This document shows, piece after piece, positions 1-8,957 of a stretch of DNA of 64,000 bases. The DNA lies in NCBI RefSeq assembly GCF_036721295.1, contig NZ_DAIMLK010000014.1; one strand, given 5' to 3'. The first letter of the stretch is position 1. Every line of letters begins with the position of its first letter. Made by a program: the position numbers and the translations under genes. Under the pieces are notes generated by a model. It did no database searches and had not been told where the DNA came from. It saw nothing but the letters and a program-made list of their open reading frames with translations. Origin of the DNA: Sphingorhabdus sp. (GTDB lineage: Bacteria > Pseudomonadota > Alphaproteobacteria > Sphingomonadales > Sphingomonadaceae).

Positions 1-194
1 CGCGTATCCGGCAGGCTGTGAAGCAAGTATGCGGCACCCCGCGGGGATGGACATTGGCCGAACGCCAAGACCAACAGAGCTGCGAAGCGGCCGCGTATCG
101 TCAGGTTGCGCCAACGCGGGAGCGCATTGTCGCTGCCTATCTGGAAAAGCGTGGCCTTGCTTTCGATAGCCGGGCAAGCGTCGCTACCAACTGA
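1..194 (+). CDS. 3' end of an unidentified CDS that enters from the left edge
   Basis: Frame 3 is open from position 3 to TGA at 192-194 (63 codons, ...ERIVAAYLEKRGLAFDSRASVATN*). A strong intrinsic terminator follows directly. I recognise no family. Confidence 0.3.
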   Translation, partial: RIRQAVKQVCGTPRGWTLAERQDQQSCEAAAYRQVAPTRERIVAAYLEKRGLAFDSRASVATN

Positions 195-209
195 TCACTA
201 CAGACACAT

Positions 210-243
210 AAAACCCCGGCAGGCCGCTGCCGGGGTTTTTTTA
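210..243. terminator. Bidirectional rho-independent terminator
   Basis: Stem CCCCGGCAG (214-222), loop GCCG, stem CTGCCGGGG (227-235). It is flanked by AAAA on the left and a T-run at 236-242. It sits between two convergent gene ends. Confidence 0.7.
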
Positions 244-984
244 TTTACCCGCAAGCCGTTTGACGTCGGCGAGATACTTACGCCCAATACGCATTGCGTG
301 ATCTTCGCCCAGCAGAGCGTGCCAGACCCCGCCACCTTCATGCCGCAGGCCCGTGATGAGGTTGCGGCGCACAATATGGCTGCGGTGAATGCGTTGAAAT
401 TGGTCGGGGTCCAATCTTTGCTCCAGCGCAGAAATCGTCTGGTGCAGCAAATAGCTGCGGCCATTTGTATGCAGCCGCATATAATCCCGCTCGGCCTCAA
501 TCCGTTCAATGTCCATCGCCGCGACCCGAATAAGTTCCGCGCGGTGGGACACCCAAAATTCATGCGCGTAGCGGTTATCCGCCTTTGCCGAAGGGGATGA
601 CAGCCGGGTCTCGGCCTCTGGCGCGCCAGTTGCCCGCGTGATCGCGCGGCCAAGACGTTCGCTCGATACAGGTTTCAACACATAGTCCACAACGTCTAGG
701 TCAAACGCCTCAACCGCGAAATTATCATAAGCTTTGATGAGGATGATGGCGGGCTTTTTAGGCATCAGCCCCAAGGCGCGGGCGGCGTTGATGCCGTCCA
801 TTTTGGGCATGCCAATGTCGAGAAAAATCAGGTCCGGCGTCAATGTCTGGGCGATACGTAGCGCCTCGACACCGTCATTTGCCGTGCCGACGATTTCGAT
901 CATCGGATGATCCGCGCTCAATATTTGTAAACGCTCAATGGCCAGCGGCTCGTCATCAACAATCAACGTCCGCAGTCGCTTCAT
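241..984 (-). CDS. LytR/AlgR-family response regulator (receiver plus LytTR DNA-binding domain)
   Basis: 247 aa. The N-terminus LIVDDEPLAIERL...DLIFLDIGMPKMDG is a typical receiver domain. The C-terminal LytTR-like region reads YMRLHT...FQRIHRSHIV. Its start overlaps the kinase stop by 4 nt. Confidence 0.9.
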   Translation of the reverse strand: MKRLRTLIVDDEPLAIERLQILSADHPMIEIVGTANDGVEALRIAQTLTPDLIFLDIGMPKMDGINAARALGLMPKKPAIILIKAYDNFAVEAFDLDVVDYVLKPVSSERLGRAITRATGAPEAETRLSSPSAKADNRYAHEFWVSHRAELIRVAAMDIERIEAERDYMRLHTNGRSYLLHQTISALEQRLDPDQFQRIHRSHIVRRNLITGLRHEGGGVWHALLGEDHAMRIGRKYLADVKRLAGK

Positions 985-2108
985 GGTTTCAACCTCCGGC
1001 TTAGGGGCAAGCTGAGCTTGGCGACAAAGCCGCCGCCCGCAATGGCTTGCGCATCCAAGCGCGCCGCCGATTTATAGCGTGCCTCTAATCGGTCACGGAC
1101 ATTGGCCAAGCCAATACCGCTTCCGCCAACCTGGTCTGGATCGACCGCCTCGCCATCATCACGAACGCTGAGTATAAGGACATCGCCCTCAGCTTTGGCG
1201 CTGATGGACAGTTCTACAGGACGGGTTGTGCGCGAAACACCATATTTAATCGCGTTTTCAACCAAGGGTTGCAGGATCAATGCGGGCACATGCTGGCCCA
1301 TTAAGGCGTCTGGAATGTCGATTTTGACACGCAGCCTTTTGGGATAGCGCACGCTTTCAATTTCGAGATATAGCCGCTGCAGTTCGACCTCTTCTGCAAG
1401 GGTGACATCTTCCAGTGGATCGGATGACAGGCTTGTCCGATAAAAATTCGACAGATTCTGGATCATCGCTTCGGCCTCTTTGGGCTTTCCAGTCATGACG
1501 AGGCTGGATAGCGAATTCAGCGTATTGAACAAGAAATGCGGATTGACCTGATAGCGCAAGGAACGCAGTTCGGCATCTTGGGCCGCTTGGGCAAAGCGGG
1601 ACGTTTTGCGTTCGGCCTCGCGCACTTCACGGGCATAGCCAATGGCGACGTAGAGCGAGCCCCATGCGATTAGGAAAAAATAATGCGTCACCGAAATATC
1701 GGCAATTTCTTGCCAAAATGACAGGCCCAGTTGCGCTTTTAGATCTTCAACCGAGCGGCCAATGCTTGGGTCTTTAAAAAGGCTAATGGGGTCATACAGG
1801 TTGAAGATATAGAAATTGGCGGATGCCAGAAGCATGGCGCACGGAATGGCTCCAACGAAGGCCAGACTGACCCGAAAGCCAAGGGAGCGGCGGTCGGCCA
1901 GGCGCAAACCGACATAGAGCAGCCACGTCACCAGCACGCCGACCAACGCCACGATCAAGCGACGTTCGAACAAGACAGCTTGCGCAGGAAAGTCGAGCAA
2001 TGCGGCGCGCAGCGACAAGATCAGCGCATAAAAAGCCCAAAAGCCCGTTATCGTCAGCAACGCCATCTGATGGCCAATGAGCGGATGCGGGGATTTAGCT
2101 CTCTCCAT
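981..2108 (-). CDS. Sensor histidine kinase, LytS/YehU type
   Basis: 375 aa with a multi-TM N-terminus. It carries the His-kinase motif QVNPHFLFNTLNSLSSL and an HATPase_c region (LVENAIKYG, GIGLANVRDRL). Confidence 0.85.
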   Translation of the reverse strand: MERAKSPHPLIGHQMALLTITGFWAFYALILSLRAALLDFPAQAVLFERRLIVALVGVLVTWLLYVGLRLADRRSLGFRVSLAFVGAIPCAMLLASANFYIFNLYDPISLFKDPSIGRSVEDLKAQLGLSFWQEIADISVTHYFFLIAWGSLYVAIGYAREVREAERKTSRFAQAAQDAELRSLRYQVNPHFLFNTLNSLSSLVMTGKPKEAEAMIQNLSNFYRTSLSSDPLEDVTLAEEVELQRLYLEIESVRYPKRLRVKIDIPDALMGQHVPALILQPLVENAIKYGVSRTTRPVELSISAKAEGDVLILSVRDDGEAVDPDQVGGSGIGLANVRDRLEARYKSAARLDAQAIAGGGFVAKLSLPLSRRLKP

Positions 2109-2199
2109 ATCCTTTCATACCGCATTTTGCGTAGCTTGCACCATGTGCATCGTTTCTCGTCGAACGCTTCGCCAAGTTCGTCGAATGTTTATCTTTGGC

Positions 2200-2904
2200 T
2201 TAGGCTTCTTTACGCCGATAGCGGAAATACCAGACTTCATGCCCAAGGCGGCGTGCCTTTGCCTCATAGCGGGTTTCCGGCCAGCCGCCGGGGCGGTTCT
2301 GAAAATCGGACGCGCTGTTGCACAGCCAGCCAAATTGTTGGCGGTGGCGTTGCATGATCATCAGCGCGTGGCGGACGTAGATCGGATGGTCGGTGCCAAA
2401 GCGGAATTCGCCGCCCGGTTTTAACTTTGCCGCGATCAAATCCACCGGCCCGTCATTCATCATCCGGCGCTTTACATGCCGCGCCTTTGGCCATGGGTCG
2501 GGATGCAGCAGATAGACAAAGGAGAGCGACCCGTCGGGCACGCGGCGCAACATTTTCAACGCGTCGCCCATATGCAGACGGACATTGTGCAGGCCGCCCT
2601 CGCGGATATGCGATAGCGCTTGTGCGACGCCGTTCAGAAATGGCTCGCAGCCAATAAAGCCGTGATCGGGCAAAAGGTCGGCACGGAAGGCCAAATGCTC
2701 GCCGCCGCCAAAGCCGATTTCGAAATGCATCGCGCGGTCGTCGCCGAACAGCTCTTGGCTACTTAGCGGCCCTTCGTCGGGCACGGAAATCTGTGGCAGA
2801 AGATTATCGACCAAGTCATTCTGCTCGGAGCGCAGCTTTTTGCCCTTTGAACGGCCATAGAGGCGGTTCAGTGTCGTTGGATCACCGATTTTGTTCGCAG
2901 TCAT
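2200..2904 (-). CDS. trmB: tRNA (guanine-N7)-methyltransferase
   Basis: The listed ORF is 2200..3036. I chose the internal ATG at 2904 (MTANK...) because the longer form overlaps metK. It has a TrmB-like core (EIGFGGGEHL, HPDPWPK). Confidence 0.85.
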   Translation of the reverse strand: MTANKIGDPTTLNRLYGRSKGKKLRSEQNDLVDNLLPQISVPDEGPLSSQELFGDDRAMHFEIGFGGGEHLAFRADLLPDHGFIGCEPFLNGVAQALSHIREGGLHNVRLHMGDALKMLRRVPDGSLSFVYLLHPDPWPKARHVKRRMMNDGPVDLIAAKLKPGGEFRFGTDHPIYVRHALMIMQRHRQQFGWLCNSASDFQNRPGGWPETRYEAKARRLGHEVWYFRYRRKEA

Positions 2905-2906
2905 GC

Positions 2907-2936
2907 GGGTGGCGGCTAAACTTTCGGCCGCCACCC
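2907..2936 (-). other. Perfect 10-bp GC hairpin in the metK-trmB spacer
   Basis: GGGTGGCGGC (2907-2916) and GCCGCCACCC (2927-2936) are exact reverse complements. No U-tract follows on the coding strand. Confidence 0.5.
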
Positions 2937-2947
2937 TGCAAGTTGAA

Positions 2948-4156
2948 TTACGCCAGCGCTGCTTTGAGGTCCTCGACCAGGTCGGTGCGTTCCCATGGGA
3001 AGAAGTCACCTTCGGGCTTGCGCCCGAAATGGCCATAAGCGGCGGTCTTGCGGTATATTGGCTTGTTCAGGCCCAGATGCGTGCGGATGCCGCGCGGCGT
3101 GAGGCCGCCCAGTTTTGCGATGCCCATGATCGCCGCTTCAATCTGATCATCGCCGACCGTGCCGGTGCGGTGCGTATCGACATACAGCGACAAAGGCTTC
3201 GACACGCCAATGGCATAAGCAAGCTGAATAGTGCAGCGTGTGGCAAGGCCAGCGGCAACGATATTCTTCGCCAAATAGCGCGTGATATAAGCGGCAGAAC
3301 GGTCAACCTTCGTCGGGTCCTTACCCGAGAATGCGCCGCCGCCATGCGGGGCTGCGCCGCCATAAGTGTCGACAATGATCTTGCGGCCGGTCAGGCCCGC
3401 GTCGCCATCAGGCCCGCCGATTTCGAAGCTGCCCGTTGGGTTGATGTGATACACGGTGTCGGTCAGCAGGCTTGCCGGCAACAGGTCAGCAATAACGCCC
3501 TTCACATAATTGTGCAGCTCGGCTTCTTTCGCACCTTGGTCATAACCCGGCGCGTGCTGCGTGGACACGACGATAGCGGTCGCGGCCTCTGGCTTGCCTT
3601 CGCTGTTATAGCGCAAGGTCACTTGGCTTTTGGCATCGGGCTCAAGGAAAGGCGCGGCGCCCGAATGACGGTCTGCGGCCATGCGCTCCAGGATTTTGTG
3701 GCTGTAATCAAGCGTCGCGGGCATTAGGTCCGGCGTTTCAGTCGAGGCATAACCAAACATGATGCCTTGGTCGCCAGCGCCTTCGTCCTTATCGCCCGAG
3801 GCGTCTACGCCCTGCGCGATGTGCGCAGACTGGCCGTGCAGGTTGTTTTCGAAACGCAGGGTTTCCCAATGGAAGCCGTCTTGCGCGTAACCGATTTCCT
3901 TGACGGTGCGGCGGACGGTGGCTTCGATTTCTTCTTTGGCACCTGGGGCCCATTGGCCATTTTCATACACGCCTTTGCAGCGAATCTCGCCGGCGAGCAC
4001 AACCAATTGCGTCGTGGTCAAGGTTTCGCACGCAATGCGCGCTTCGGGGTCTTTGGATAAAAACAAATCAACGATGGCGTCGGAAATCTGGTCCGAAACC
4101 TTGTCAGGATGTCCTTCGGACACGGATTCGGACGTGAAGAGGTAATTTGAGCGCAT
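2948..4156 (-). CDS. metK: S-adenosylmethionine synthetase
   Basis: 402 aa with hallmark motifs [24 protein letters not shown] and [19 protein letters not shown]. Confidence 0.97.
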   Translation of the reverse strand: MRSNYLFTSESVSEGHPDKVSDQISDAIVDLFLSKDPEARIACETLTTTQLVVLAGEIRCKGVYENGQWAPGAKEEIEATVRRTVKEIGYAQDGFHWETLRFENNLHGQSAHIAQGVDASGDKDEGAGDQGIMFGYASTETPDLMPATLDYSHKILERMAADRHSGAAPFLEPDAKSQVTLRYNSEGKPEAATAIVVSTQHAPGYDQGAKEAELHNYVKGVIADLLPASLLTDTVYHINPTGSFEIGGPDGDAGLTGRKIIVDTYGGAAPHGGGAFSGKDPTKVDRSAAYITRYLAKNIVAAGLATRCTIQLAYAIGVSKPLSLYVDTHRTGTVGDDQIEAAIMGIAKLGGLTPRGIRTHLGLNKPIYRKTAAYGHFGRKPEGDFFPWERTDLVEDLKAALA

Positions 4157-4185
4157 GGTTTTTCCAGTCTATTGCTGTGTCTGCG

Positions 4186-4203
4186 TATAAAGAATTCTTT
4201 ATA
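4186..4203. promoter_or_regulatory. 18-bp perfect AT-rich palindrome upstream of metK (candidate operator or -10 region)
   Basis: TATAAAGAATTCTTTATA lies 30-47 nt upstream of the metK ATG, inside the 60-nt lnt-metK spacer. Confidence 0.3.
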
Positions 4204-4216
4204 TCGTGATGCGCCC

Positions 4217-5914
4217 TTAGCGAGAAGCACGACGGTGAGCAAGCGGTAACAATGCCAACAGGATTAGCAGCCCAGCAAAAGCCAGCGGAATGATGTTCCC
4301 AAATCGTGCGAACAGGGTCGGTGCTTTGGCGCGCGGCAAAAACGCATCGATGCGGCCATCCGCGCCCAAGGGCAGGCTGTGCAGTATTCGGCCATCGGCG
4401 TCGATTATCGCGCTTATCCCCGTGGGCGTGGACCGGATGACAGGCAAGCCTTCCTCAATGGCGCGTAGCCGCGCCTGCGCCAAATGCTGCGGCGGGCCAA
4501 TGGGACCAAACCATGCGTCGTTGGACGGGTTGAAGATGAAATCGGGCCGGTTTTTGCGGTCCACCGTCTGGCCAGAGAAAATCATTTCATAACAAATTTG
4601 CATGCCAATTTTTACAGGCTTGCCGTCAACGGTCACGGTCATCGTCCGCGCGCCTGGGCCGGGCCAGAAATCGAGGCTGCCCGGCACCAATCGCGCCAGC
4701 CCAATTGGCTTTAGCAACCAAGGCAAAGGCAGATATTCACCATAAGGCACCAAATGCGCTTTGTCATAATGGCCAAGGATACGACCAAAGGCGTCCATGG
4801 CGGAGACGCTGTTGCGCGCGGCCACCAATGCACGTTTTTCAAAAATAAGGCGGTTGGCACCCGTCACCAGCACATCATTATCGGCCATCAAAGTGGTGAG
4901 CCGCGCGCGCGCGCCAGCGGCGCTTTCCCCCGGCTGTCCGTAATAATAACGATAGGGATATCCGTCCTCGAGATAGTCCGGAATAGCGGCCTCCGGCCAA
5001 AGAATCAGGCGCGGCGCTTGGGTGGGCAAGGGGCGGCTGTGCATCGCCAGCTTGGCGAAATTCAGCGCGTCATAGCCGGGCGCATATTTGTCGGCTTGCG
5101 AGATATTCGGTTGCACGACGGTAACGGCGACTTGCGGCTGGTTTTCGGGGCTGCTGCTGAAAAATCCGCCCCATAATGAAACACGGGCGATTATCGCTAT
5201 TGCTGCTAATGCGAAGAGCAACAATCCGCCGACGAAATAACCTGTCCATCCACCTTTACTGCGTTCGGTGCTCGATGCGCGCGTCCATAAGGATGCGAAT
5301 TGGTAAACGCCGCCGACGGCTAAAATGATGACGCCCGAAATGCCATATGTGCCTATGGCGCTTGCGGGCTGCGCCACATAGGGGATGGAGAGCGCGATTA
5401 CGCTCAACGGGTTCCAGACATAGCCGGTGAACACCCAACTGCGTAGCCATTCGGTTAGGATCCAAAGGCCCGCAAAGGCCAAGATGAGCGGGAATGTTTG
5501 TACAGAAGCTTCCGCAGCGTCACCTTCGCTGGCGCGAGAATGACCACCAATTTTCGTCGAGAAGTGGCGCAACCAATAAGCGCCACCGGCCGCCAAGGCC
5601 GGATACACCGCCAAATAGAGCGCCAGCGCCACTACCGCGATATAACCCAGCCAAATCGGCATCGCTGCCTGAAAGGTGAATGCGACCGCAATCCATTGAT
5701 TGCCAAAGGTGAAATGCCCGACCCCGAAAAGCCAACCAATCGCAAAAGCGCTTTTTGTATTTTGGGCATACGCGATAAGGTGGATCAGCAATGCAAAGCA
5801 AGCGAGCGTTAATGGCCAAAGGCCCCAAGGTTCAAAGCCGTAGGCCGACAGCGCGCCTGCGCCGATAGCGGCCCAGCGCGGAAACCGATGAAGCAGGGCG
5901 GAGATTTTCTGCAC
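4217..5914 (-). CDS. lnt: Apolipoprotein N-acyltransferase
   Basis: 565 aa. It has a polytopic N-terminal half and a C-terminal CN-hydrolase domain with the catalytic-Cys context QICYEMIF. Confidence 0.9.
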   Translation of the reverse strand: MQKISALLHRFPRWAAIGAGALSAYGFEPWGLWPLTLACFALLIHLIAYAQNTKSAFAIGWLFGVGHFTFGNQWIAVAFTFQAAMPIWLGYIAVVALALYLAVYPALAAGGAYWLRHFSTKIGGHSRASEGDAAEASVQTFPLILAFAGLWILTEWLRSWVFTGYVWNPLSVIALSIPYVAQPASAIGTYGISGVIILAVGGVYQFASLWTRASSTERSKGGWTGYFVGGLLLFALAAIAIIARVSLWGGFFSSSPENQPQVAVTVVQPNISQADKYAPGYDALNFAKLAMHSRPLPTQAPRLILWPEAAIPDYLEDGYPYRYYYGQPGESAAGARARLTTLMADNDVLVTGANRLIFEKRALVAARNSVSAMDAFGRILGHYDKAHLVPYGEYLPLPWLLKPIGLARLVPGSLDFWPGPGARTMTVTVDGKPVKIGMQICYEMIFSGQTVDRKNRPDFIFNPSNDAWFGPIGPPQHLAQARLRAIEEGLPVIRSTPTGISAIIDADGRILHSLPLGADGRIDAFLPRAKAPTLFARFGNIIPLAFAGLLILLALLPLAHRRASR

Positions 5915-6004
5915 GCCCCGGCTTTGCCGTCGATATGTGACAAATGCAATCGAGCAAAAATTGTCCTTGCTTGCGGTTCATGGTTTGCCTGCTAATTCAG
6001 GGTT

Positions 6005-6382
6005 ATGCTATTTTTCGCCATCGCGCTTGCCGCCGCCACCAACCCTTCCGCGCTTACCGATGCCCATCAAGGCGACATCTTTTGTGTCGCCGTGCTCGCG
6101 ACCTTGGCTGAGAAACAGCGGACGGGTGCGGCGCCAGCCGATGCGCCTGACGTGCGGCAATCGGGCAAAAGATGGGCCGGCATCGTCGGCAATCGCATCA
6201 CCACACAAAGCGGGCAACCGCGCGAATTGGTCGCGGTCGCGATGGCCGAAGCGGCGAAAGCGGAATTTCAGCGGCCAAGTGATCTTGCCCGGATCAACGC
6301 TTGCGCCGTGCAAATGACGGCGGAGCTTGCTAATGCCGACAGCATCGACAAACCTTTACCCAAGCCGGTGACATCAAAATGA
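6005..6382 (+). CDS. Hypothetical small secreted or periplasmic protein
   Basis: 125 aa with a hydrophobic N-terminus ([11 protein letters not shown]). Its stop overlaps the next gene's ATG (ATGA). No family recognised. Confidence 0.4.
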   Translation: MLFFAIALAAATNPSALTDAHQGDIFCVAVLATLAEKQRTGAAPADAPDVRQSGKRWAGIVGNRITTQSGQPRELVAVAMAEAAKAEFQRPSDLARINACAVQMTAELANADSIDKPLPKPVTSK

Positions 6383-6798
6383 GCTTACGTCCGTTCCATT
6401 TGGCCTTTCCCGTCCACGACCTTGCCGAAGCGCGGCATTTTTACGGCTTTGTCATGGGCTGCGCCGAAGGCCGCTCATCGGACCAATGGATCGATTTCAA
6501 CTTTTTCGGGCATCAGCTTGTCGCGCATTTGGACCCATCGGCGCGCAGCATATCAACACATAATCCTGTCGATGGGCATGATGTCCCTGTCCCGCATTTC
6601 GGCGTTGTTTTGGACATGGACCAATTGGAGGCATTGGCCGAACGCGTGCAGGCGGCGGGCATCCGGTTTGGCATCGAACCCCATATCCGGTTCAAGGGCC
6701 AAGTGGGCGAACAAGCCACGATGTTCTTTTATGACCCAAGCGGCAATGCGTTGGAGTTCAAGGCCTTTGCCGACGACGCGCAGTTGTTTGCGCGCTGA
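6379..6798 (+). CDS. VOC (glyoxalase/bleomycin-resistance/dioxygenase) family protein
   Basis: 139 aa. The N-terminus [17 protein letters not shown] is typical of the VOC fold. Confidence 0.8.
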   Translation: MSLRPFHLAFPVHDLAEARHFYGFVMGCAEGRSSDQWIDFNFFGHQLVAHLDPSARSISTHNPVDGHDVPVPHFGVVLDMDQLEALAERVQAAGIRFGIEPHIRFKGQVGEQATMFFYDPSGNALEFKAFADDAQLFAR

Positions 6799-6836
6799 CG
6801 CTTGCATTTTGCCGCTTTAGGCCACAGCGCAACGTC

Positions 6837-7988
6837 ATGGACCTTCAAAATTTCGACATTGACCAATTTCTGCGGGAATATTGGCAGAAAAAGCCGTTGC
6901 TGATCCGCAATGCGTTTCGCGACTGGCAAAACCCGCTGGAGCCGAACGAGCTCGCCGGACTGGCGTGTGAAGAGGAAATTGAATCGCGGCTGATTTGCCA
7001 AACCGATGCGGGTTGGGAGATGGAGCAAGGTCCGCTGGCCGAAGAACGGCTCTCTGGCCTTCATGAAAGCCATTGGACCTTGTTGGTGCAAGCCGTCGAC
7101 CATCATGTGCCCGCGGTTGCCGACCTGATCGCGCCGTTCCGTTTCATACCCAATTGGCGCATTGACGATGTGATGGTCAGCCTTGCCGCCGACCAAGGCG
7201 GGGTGGGACCGCATTTCGACCAATATGATGTTTTCCTCATCCAAGGGCTTGGCCGCCGCCGTTGGCAGATTGGCGGGCACTGCGACGCCGATACTTTGTT
7301 GTTGGAGCATGCGGATTTGAAACTGCTCAGTCAGTTTGAGGCGACCGAGGAATGGGTGCTTGAACCCGGCGACATCCTTTATGTCCCGCCGGGCATATCG
7401 CATAATGGCGTGGCGGTGGGTTCGGATTGCATGACCTATTCGGTTGGGTTCCGCGCGCCATCGCGCGCCGACCTTTTGGGCCATTATGTCGACGATGTTC
7501 TGGACGGCATTCCCGATGACGAACTCTACCGCGACCCGGATTTAACGGCCCAGGTCAATGCAGGCGAGATTTTGCCTGAGGCGCTGGCCCGATTGCAGCA
7601 GATGATGCTCGAATCTCTGTCTGACCCCGCCCATTTCGCCCGCTGGTTCGGCACCTTCAACAGCACGCCCAAATATCCCGAAATGGACTGGCGACCCGAA
7701 GTGCCCGTTATGCCGGAGGAACTGCGCGCGGCGATCACCGCGCAAATGCCGCTGTCGCGCAATCCGGCGAGCCGCTTGGCGTTTATCGCCACAGGCGCGG
7801 ACGCGCTCATGCTGTTCGCCGATGGTGTCTGTTTCGACTGCAGTGGCGAAACGGCGGCGTTGGCGAAAAAGCTCTGCGCAGACGACAGCGTGGTTCTCGA
7901 CGTCGAACTGGCGGGCAGCGCGGCGGCCATCGATCTCCTCACGCAGCTGTGCAACAATGGCTGCATCGCGTTCGACAGCGAGGATTGA
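6837..7988 (+). CDS. roxA: Cupin-4/JmjC ribosomal oxygenase (50S protein L16 arginine hydroxylase-like)
   Basis: 383 aa, collinear with my recollection of E. coli YcfD. Matching blocks are FLREYWQKKPLLIR, PNELAGLA, WTLLVQAVDH, GGVGPHFDQYDVFLIQG and GDILYVPPG. Confidence 0.85.
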   Translation: MDLQNFDIDQFLREYWQKKPLLIRNAFRDWQNPLEPNELAGLACEEEIESRLICQTDAGWEMEQGPLAEERLSGLHESHWTLLVQAVDHHVPAVADLIAPFRFIPNWRIDDVMVSLAADQGGVGPHFDQYDVFLIQGLGRRRWQIGGHCDADTLLLEHADLKLLSQFEATEEWVLEPGDILYVPPGISHNGVAVGSDCMTYSVGFRAPSRADLLGHYVDDVLDGIPDDELYRDPDLTAQVNAGEILPEALARLQQMMLESLSDPAHFARWFGTFNSTPKYPEMDWRPEVPVMPEELRAAITAQMPLSRNPASRLAFIATGADALMLFADGVCFDCSGETAALAKKLCADDSVVLDVELAGSAAAIDLLTQLCNNGCIAFDSED

Positions 7989-8169
7989 TCTGCGCACGCG
8001 GTTAAGCATCTGCGCGAAGAAAGCGCGTTATCTTTCGGAGGCAGATGCGCTATCCGCGATTGCAAAGGCGACAATCACGCTGCGGCATTATGCGTGCGAC
8101 CGCTGTGGGCAATTTCATCTGACCAGCCGGACCAAGGGCAAGCGCATCGCGCGCCCTTCGAGTGATTGA
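7957..8169 (+). CDS. Possible small basic Cys/His protein (70 aa)
   Basis: The in-frame ATG at 7957 overlaps the roxA 3' end by 32 nt. The C-terminal part RYLSEADALSAI...LRHYACDRCGQFHLTS resembles small zinc-knuckle-like proteins. No clear SD is present, and the only start after the roxA stop would be CTG at 7990. Confidence 0.3.
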   Translation: MAASRSTARIDLRTRLSICAKKARYLSEADALSAIAKATITLRHYACDRCGQFHLTSRTKGKRIARPSSD

Positions 8170-8179
8170 GGGCTTTGGC

Positions 8180-8731
8180 TTAGACTTCGACTTCGCGCCA
8201 AGTGCCCGGTGCAAGGCCATCCATCGTCCATTCGCCAATCGCGCGCCGGACGAGGCGCAAGGTGGGATGCCCGACCGCGGCGGTCATGCGCCGGACCTGA
8301 CGGTTGCGGCCTTCGCGAATGGTGAGCATGATCCAGCTATCGGGCACTGACAACCGCACGCGGATTGGCGGGTCGCGCGGCCAGAGCATGGGGTCGGCAA
8401 TCCGCTCGGCTTCGCACGGCAGGGTCAAGCCATCCTTCAACGAAACGCCGCGCCGTAACTGCGCGAGCGCATCGTCGGTCACATCGCCCTCCACCTGCAC
8501 CAGATAGCTTTTCGCCATTTTATATTTCGGGTCCGATATCCGCGCTTGCAACCGGCCATCATCGGTCAGCAGCATCAACCCCTCACTGTCCATATCGAGC
8601 CGCCCAGCAGGATAGACGCCGGGCACATCGACGAACTGCGACAAAGTCGGCCGCGGCGAGCCCTCCGTCCCCTTGTCGGTAAAGTGCGGCAAGACGCCAT
8701 AAGGTTTGTTGAACAGGATGATGCGGGACAT
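8180..8731 (-). CDS. rluE: 23S rRNA pseudouridine synthase E-like (RsuA/RluE family)
   Basis: 183 aa with motifs [33 protein letters not shown] and [12 protein letters not shown]. Confidence 0.9.
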   Translation of the reverse strand: MSRIILFNKPYGVLPHFTDKGTEGSPRPTLSQFVDVPGVYPAGRLDMDSEGLMLLTDDGRLQARISDPKYKMAKSYLVQVEGDVTDDALAQLRRGVSLKDGLTLPCEAERIADPMLWPRDPPIRVRLSVPDSWIMLTIREGRNRQVRRMTAAVGHPTLRLVRRAIGEWTMDGLAPGTWREVEV

Positions 8732-8821
8732 GGAGGTGCTGTAGCGAAAGCGCGGGCGATGCGAAATGATGTTGTAGGTGGGGAAGGAACTTTCATTATA
8801 ACCAAATAGGCTAAAAATATA

Positions 8822-8850
8822 TTGACATCGTAACCATAAAAGGTTAGTTT
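8822..8850 (+). promoter_or_regulatory. Sigma70-like promoter candidate with an embedded palindrome
   Basis: TTGACA (8822-8827), a 17-nt spacer, then TAGTTT (8845-8850). The spacer contains TAACC-ATAAAA-GGTTA (8831-8846). The surrounding stretch is AT-rich. Confidence 0.35.
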
Positions 8851-8906
8851 ATGTCATAGTCGAAAATTGCGAGTCGCGTCGGGGCTCGCTTTCATCATCA
8901 CCTTTG

Positions 8907-8935
8907 GGGTCGAAGCGCAATCTTCGGCCCTTTTT
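8907..8935 (+). terminator. Leader hairpin plus U-tract upstream of the TerS-like gene (attenuator-like)
   Basis: GGGTCGAAG / CTTCGGCCC form 9 bp (one G-U) with a 6-nt loop, followed by TTTTT at 8931-8935. It ends 10 nt before the AGGAGG RBS. No upstream + strand gene exists for it to terminate. Confidence 0.5.
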
Positions 8936-8957
8936 CTTTGCGCTCAGGAGGGCTTTT

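Noticed and set aside
2891-3727. A 278-aa + strand ORF, plus other long ORFs nearby.
   Set aside because: It lies entirely antisense to the unmistakable metK gene. It has an Arg/Ala-rich composition typical of shadow ORFs in GC-rich DNA and no recognisable motifs.
4157-4216. A SAM-II/SAM-V riboswitch upstream of metK.
   Set aside because: The spacer is only 60 nt and I could not find the pseudoknot-forming U-rich / AAAGCU-type elements. It would still be worth a cmsearch.
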